From assembly GCA_951406725.2 (NCBI GenBank), contig OX597824.1, positions 91,264,001-91,328,000 of the forward strand: a DNA stretch of 64,000 nt, read 5' to 3'. The stretch's first letter is position 1. Every line of letters begins with the position of its first letter. This document shows, piece by piece, positions 59,116-64,000 of this stretch. The notes beneath the pieces were generated by a model, which made no database searches, had not been told where the DNA came from, and saw nothing but the letters and a program-made list of their open reading frames with translations. Source of the stretch: Octopus vulgaris (Eukaryota). The position numbers and the translations under genes were made by a program.

Positions 59116-59571
59116 TACGAGGCGAAGTTGAAAAATTCTTGGTTTTGGGTAAAAGAAAAAATACCGGAGGATCAGTTAATTATGATTTTATCCAGTAAAT
59201 TCCCTTCTCAGATTCACACACTTATTGCAGTGGTTCTTCGGTTTTTCTAAGCCCTGTAAAAGAACTCGGAAGGTTCGCCCTCCATCTAGGCCTTTCGTGA
59301 TACCCTTAAAACCAAGAACCTTTCAGCACCATCTCGTGTGTGTGTGTATACAAAGGGTCCCGAAAAGCCCCTGGCTTTGAGTGTAAGAAAATACAGGACA
59401 ACCAGTTAATTATGATTTTATTCAACATATTCCCCGCTCAGATTTCCACACTTATTACAGCAGCGGTCCTGCAGGTATTATAAGCCCTGTAAAAAAACTC
59501 AGAAATTAGGGCCTCCAACCAGACCTTTCGCGAAACCCTTAAAGCCAAGAAGTTTTCACCTCCCTCTCATA
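59116..59571. mobile_element. Two tandem copies of a mariner-type MITE (59116-59338 and 59349-59571)
   Basis: Degenerate TIRs TACGAGG..TGAAAA.TTCTTGG.TTT / AAA.CCAAGAA..TTTCA...CTCGT; homologous interiors. Confidence 0.75.
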
Positions 59572-60192
59572 TATTATGCTTTACTTATTTCAGTCATTGC
59601 GCTGGTCAGGACACATTACCGGTCAGTCAGGTCAATACAGTCCTGAAACGGCCGTAGATGGAACACCCTCCTATTTTTCGGATCCTATTTTATTTATTGT
59701 TCTTAACCTAGATATCTTGTGTCATTTCTATCTTATATCCTAGATATATAAGGATTTTTTTGGACGATTTAGGCGGTTTGCCATTTTGAAGGCTGATGTT
59801 TTTATTTCTATATTTACCAGCCTCCCATTCGTTTTGCCCCTCCTATATTTATCACGCATAACACTTTACATGTAATCTTTATTTATATGTGATTTTATAT
59901 GTATGTTTATATGCTTTTATATTTCTTCTATATTTTTATGTATATTTGATTTTATTCTTTATACCCTTTGGAGAATCTTTACGCCTGTACGTGCATGATT
60001 TACGTTGATGTGTATAAATATATATGATTGATTTATATTGATTGAATATCTTCATTTATGCGTTCGGAAATTTGGTTGACTGCCTAGGATTTGCGTTTTC
60101 AATTTCCTCTACTCTGTATTTTTTTCGCATTAGCTCTCTATGAGCACCTCCGTAAATAGCCTATCTTAAATTTGCAGAAGAATTTGCGGTAT

Positions 60193-60268
60193 GCGCGGTT
60201 TAGCTTAATGGTTCAGAGCACCACGACGCGTAATCACGGAGGTGTGAGTTCGAGTCTCATAGCCGGCT
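60193..60268 (+). pseudogene. tRNA-like sequence (tRNA pseudogene or SINE head; loop triplet CGT)
   Basis: A box TAGCTTAATGG, D-stem GCTT/GAGC, T-arm GTGAG-TTCGAGT-CTCAT, T6 shortly downstream. The acceptor and anticodon stems are mismatched. Confidence 0.65.
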
Positions 60269-60463
60269 GCCAGCACTTTTTTCTGCAAAATAAGGGTATC
60301 TTTTCCTGTTCAGGCTATATTATTAGCATTGTCCTGCGTTTGAGAATTTAAAATCACTTCTTTATACTTAATATTACATATATACATGCATGGAATGCAT
60401 ACAAACATGCATACATATATATATACATGCACATATACATACATGCATACACACATATACACT

Positions 60464-60505
<42 letters not shown>

Positions 60506-60748
60506 GATAGATAGATACACACGTGCATACATTTACACACATACATAAACGCATACATACATTCATACCCACATATGGTTGACGTTGCAGCTAATATCTG
60601 CTCAGACGCCATTTTAGTATTACATCGAATAGGTTTGTGTATTTATTTTTACGTTCTTTCTTCCTGTTCTACCGTTTTGATGCTTTCCCTTTTAGTCTGT
60701 GCTCTTTCCCGTCTCAGTAACAGCCACCCGAATGAAACCCCCATCGCC

Positions 60749-60814
<66 letters not shown>

Positions 60815-60905
60815 CAGTATTGCAGTGGAATTGGTAACTCTTCTCTGCTTACCGACAAGTCATGTCTAGGATATCATTGTTGGTGGTTGATGAGCATATT
60901 CTGTA

Positions 60906-60985
<80 letters not shown>

Positions 60986-61119
60986 TGCTTTTGTTGTTGT
61001 TGTTGTTGTGGTGGTGGTGGTGGTGCTGCTGGTGGTGGCGTGTGTTACATGCATCAACCTATCTCACTGTTTCTTGACATCTGTCTGTCTATATGTTTAT
61101 ATGTTTGTGTGTGTGTGTG

Positions 61120-61164
<45 letters not shown>

Positions 61165-61380
61165 TACTGTGTAAATTTTGAGTGAATACTTGATAAGTGT
61201 AAGCACCTGTATATGACAGATAGTGGCAGAGGTGAGAGAGTATATATCAAATATAAATTAAAAACAGATATACAAATATACTTTTTCAAGGAGATATGAT
61301 AAATCTATTATAATGTCTAATACTACATGTACATTTTATATTTTTTATATTCTGATGTAATCTTTGGACTAACAATGTTT

Positions 61381-61471
61381 GCGGCTGAAGAGAGCTTTAA
61401 CCCATCTTTTATATCAATAATACACTGATGTAATAACGAATTGTTTATAAAGCTTGAAACACGTGTACCGC
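61381..61471 (+). ncRNA. Type-I hammerhead ribozyme motif with palindromic stem III
   Basis: GCGG-CTGAAGA-GAGCTTTA...TAAAGCTT-GAAA-CACGTG-TA-CCGC; canonical core, 8-bp stem II, GUA triplet. Confidence 0.85.
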
Positions 61472-61495
61472 GGTATCCTTTGTGTTCTGTTTTTA

Positions 61496-61530
<35 letters not shown>

Positions 61531-61741
61531 GCAGATCTTCTAGCATAATAGATGTCCACTTACAGGTCATCCCTTTTATATGTATGTAATATAATTTTTT
61601 CTGAAACTTCAAATTTTTAAATATGCTAGACCACTGGTTTTAAATTGATGTTAATCAAATTCATATTCAATTTTTCACTCTTATTATTTTAAATATATAT
61701 ATATAATAAACAAGCCTTCTGTAGTCTTTTCACTTTTTACT

Positions 61742-61823
<82 letters not shown>

Positions 61824-62934
61824 TTTTTGTATTGTTTCAGTCATTTGACTGCGGCCATAGCACCGCCTTTAGAGTGGTGAAAGAGTACACAGGGATCACC
61901 ACCTCCTGCCGGAGCCTCGTGGAGCTTTAGGTGTTTTTCGCTCAGAATCGAAACCGCGATCCTCCGACCGCAAGTCCCGCCCTAACCACTAGGCCATTGC
62001 CTATAAGGGCGTTATGAACGTACATGTTAAACACAGTATCAAAACCTTATTTCAGGCTAAGTCCCAGGTCGTGTGTCCGCGCAGCATGTTCACCACTTAT
62101 GGTTGCCAGGCATCATCATCGATATTTAGCAAACACCGTTGTTAAAATTTCTCAATACTGTGAAACTCTAACGTAAATCTCCCACCTTGACCCCAGTACA
62201 CAACAGGTACTTAATCTTATCAATCTCTGACAGATGAAAGGCAAAATAAAGAAAAGCCACTAAATATTGTCCGACGTGTTACCGACTCTGCTAGTTTGTC
62301 AACTTATTTTGAAAAAAAAAAATATATATATTTCTACTCTTGGCACAACGCATGAAATTTCGGTAGAGGGATTTTGTCGATCGACCCCAGTTATTAACTG
62401 GTACTTATTTTATCGACCCTGGAAAGTTCAAAGCCAACGTCGACCTCGGCAGATTAACGGCTCAAAAGAAATGCCGCAAAGCATTTTGTTCGACGCGCTA
62501 ATGATTCTTCCTGGGAAGCTACTTAAATAAAAAAAACCTGTTAGAATATAGAAAAGCTTCGAATTGATAACAGTGAGTTTATTACGCATCTTTTGGTCCA
62601 TAGATGTTGAAACGTTTATTTATTTTCAAGACTAGAAACCAGTGAAATAAAATAGTTTTTTTTGTTTCGTACAAATATTAATAAAATATCTTTTTTAGAA
62701 AGATTTATTTTTTGCCAAAATGTCCGCCAATATCGATTTCTGATGGAAAAATCGCTTTCAATAATTTTTCTATTCCTATTTTTCTCTAATAATAACTTTA
62801 CAAAACCGAAAATATTGGTAAGTTTTTTTTTTTCCCCTGCTTTCCTGGTTAGACGCAAACAGTTTGTTTATAATACTCACTGTTTTTTAGGGTTAATCTT
62901 TCTTTTCTGTTTATCTTCCTTTTCTTTTTTATTT

Positions 62935-63112
62935 TTATTTGTTTCATTCATTGCACCGCGGTCATGCTGGAGCACTGCTGTCAAGGATTTTAGCCACCAA
63001 ATCGGACTCAGTACTTACTTTTTAAAGCCTGTTATTTATTCTATCGCACTTTTTTTTTTGCCAAACCACAAGGTTATGGCAATATAAACAAATCAACATC
63101 GGTTGTCAACTG
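62935..63112 (-). mobile_element. Old SINE family A 3' half
   Basis: Diverged match to the family A tail. Confidence 0.7.
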
Positions 63113-64000
63113 GTGCCGAGATAATCACTGATATTGTTGGCATCCTTTTGTCTCGGAAGACAATCGAGTTACGCATAAACTAATCCAATCTGGTTTCTAC
63201 GCTTCATGTCCTCTCCAGTTTCCTCTCCAGTTTTGCGCAGACCTGGGCTAGATGTAAGAAAATCCTGGGTAGCCCAATCGTCAGGATTCCTCTCTCGACC
63301 TTGCTGACGTAGTCTAAAGGAGTGCAGAGCATTATGTCTGGCCCCAGCTTGGTTGCAGGAGCTGCCGGAGTAGTACCACACCGGACAAAATCATTTAAGG
63401 CATTTCTTCAGATCCATAAAAGTCAGTTCAAACGCCACTTAGGTTGACTTGACCTTTCCTCACTTTGGGGTCAATGAAATAAGTACCAATAATAAATCTT
63501 TTCCCTTTGCAAACACTGATAGGGCACAGAAAGTGTGTCTATAGCCAGCTGGAGGAGGTGTCGTCCTGGGGCTACAAACTACAGTAGCATCCACCCTTAG
63601 GGGTTAGCCATATTTAAATGGCAAATATACGTCACGAAATAAGTACCATTTGACCATTAGGGTCGATACTAGTTTTGTGCCAAGATTTTTAAAGAATTAT
63701 CTCATATTAACGACCTTTTATGCTTTGATGTCTTATCTATTAAGAAGAGGAAGGACCGAGGAGGTACAATTGTTGTACCGAGGCCGTCACCTTCATTGAG
63801 ATTACTGCCACCACAAGCACATACTGCGACCTCGGCTATCAGAAGAGATCTCAGCCCTTCATGTTGCACCACTGTTTATCTTCACCAAGACCAATGCTGC
63901 CATCAATACTGACACTGAGTCTAAAACATTCACGGATTCCACACCACCAGAGGACCTGCAAATTCAAACTCCCCCACCACCACCACCACTACCACCACAA

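Noticed and set aside
60193-60268. Functional tRNA-Thr(CGT) or tRNA-Sec
   Set aside because: Acceptor and anticodon stems are mispaired; no long variable arm or TCA anticodon.

Overview
Eukaryotic, AT-rich, extremely microsatellite-rich non-coding DNA. The tRNA-derived SINE families and the (TA)n/(TATG)n/(AAT)n load point to a cephalopod (Octopus-like) genome, which is an inference. Almost all entries in the ORF track are artefacts of simple repeats, and I recognise no host protein-coding exon. Supported features: one intact tRNA-Gln(CTG) gene; many copies of about four SINE families; 3' fragments of CR1-group, RTE and R4/Dong non-LTR retrotransposons; a decayed Penelope-like GIY-YIG endonuclease fragment that the ORF track misses; and Tc1/mariner MITEs. 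The main discovery is about 19 complete, degenerate or half type-I hammerhead-ribozyme (HHR) motifs from roughly 8-9 unrelated short non-coding element families. They mostly sit in or next to (TA)n tracts, often within inverted repeats. They include a tRNA-headed (Pol III) SINE-like element that carries a hammerhead and a family whose consensus core appears to be non-canonical (CUGUYGA, A6U). All structures were folded by eye and none is shown to be active.
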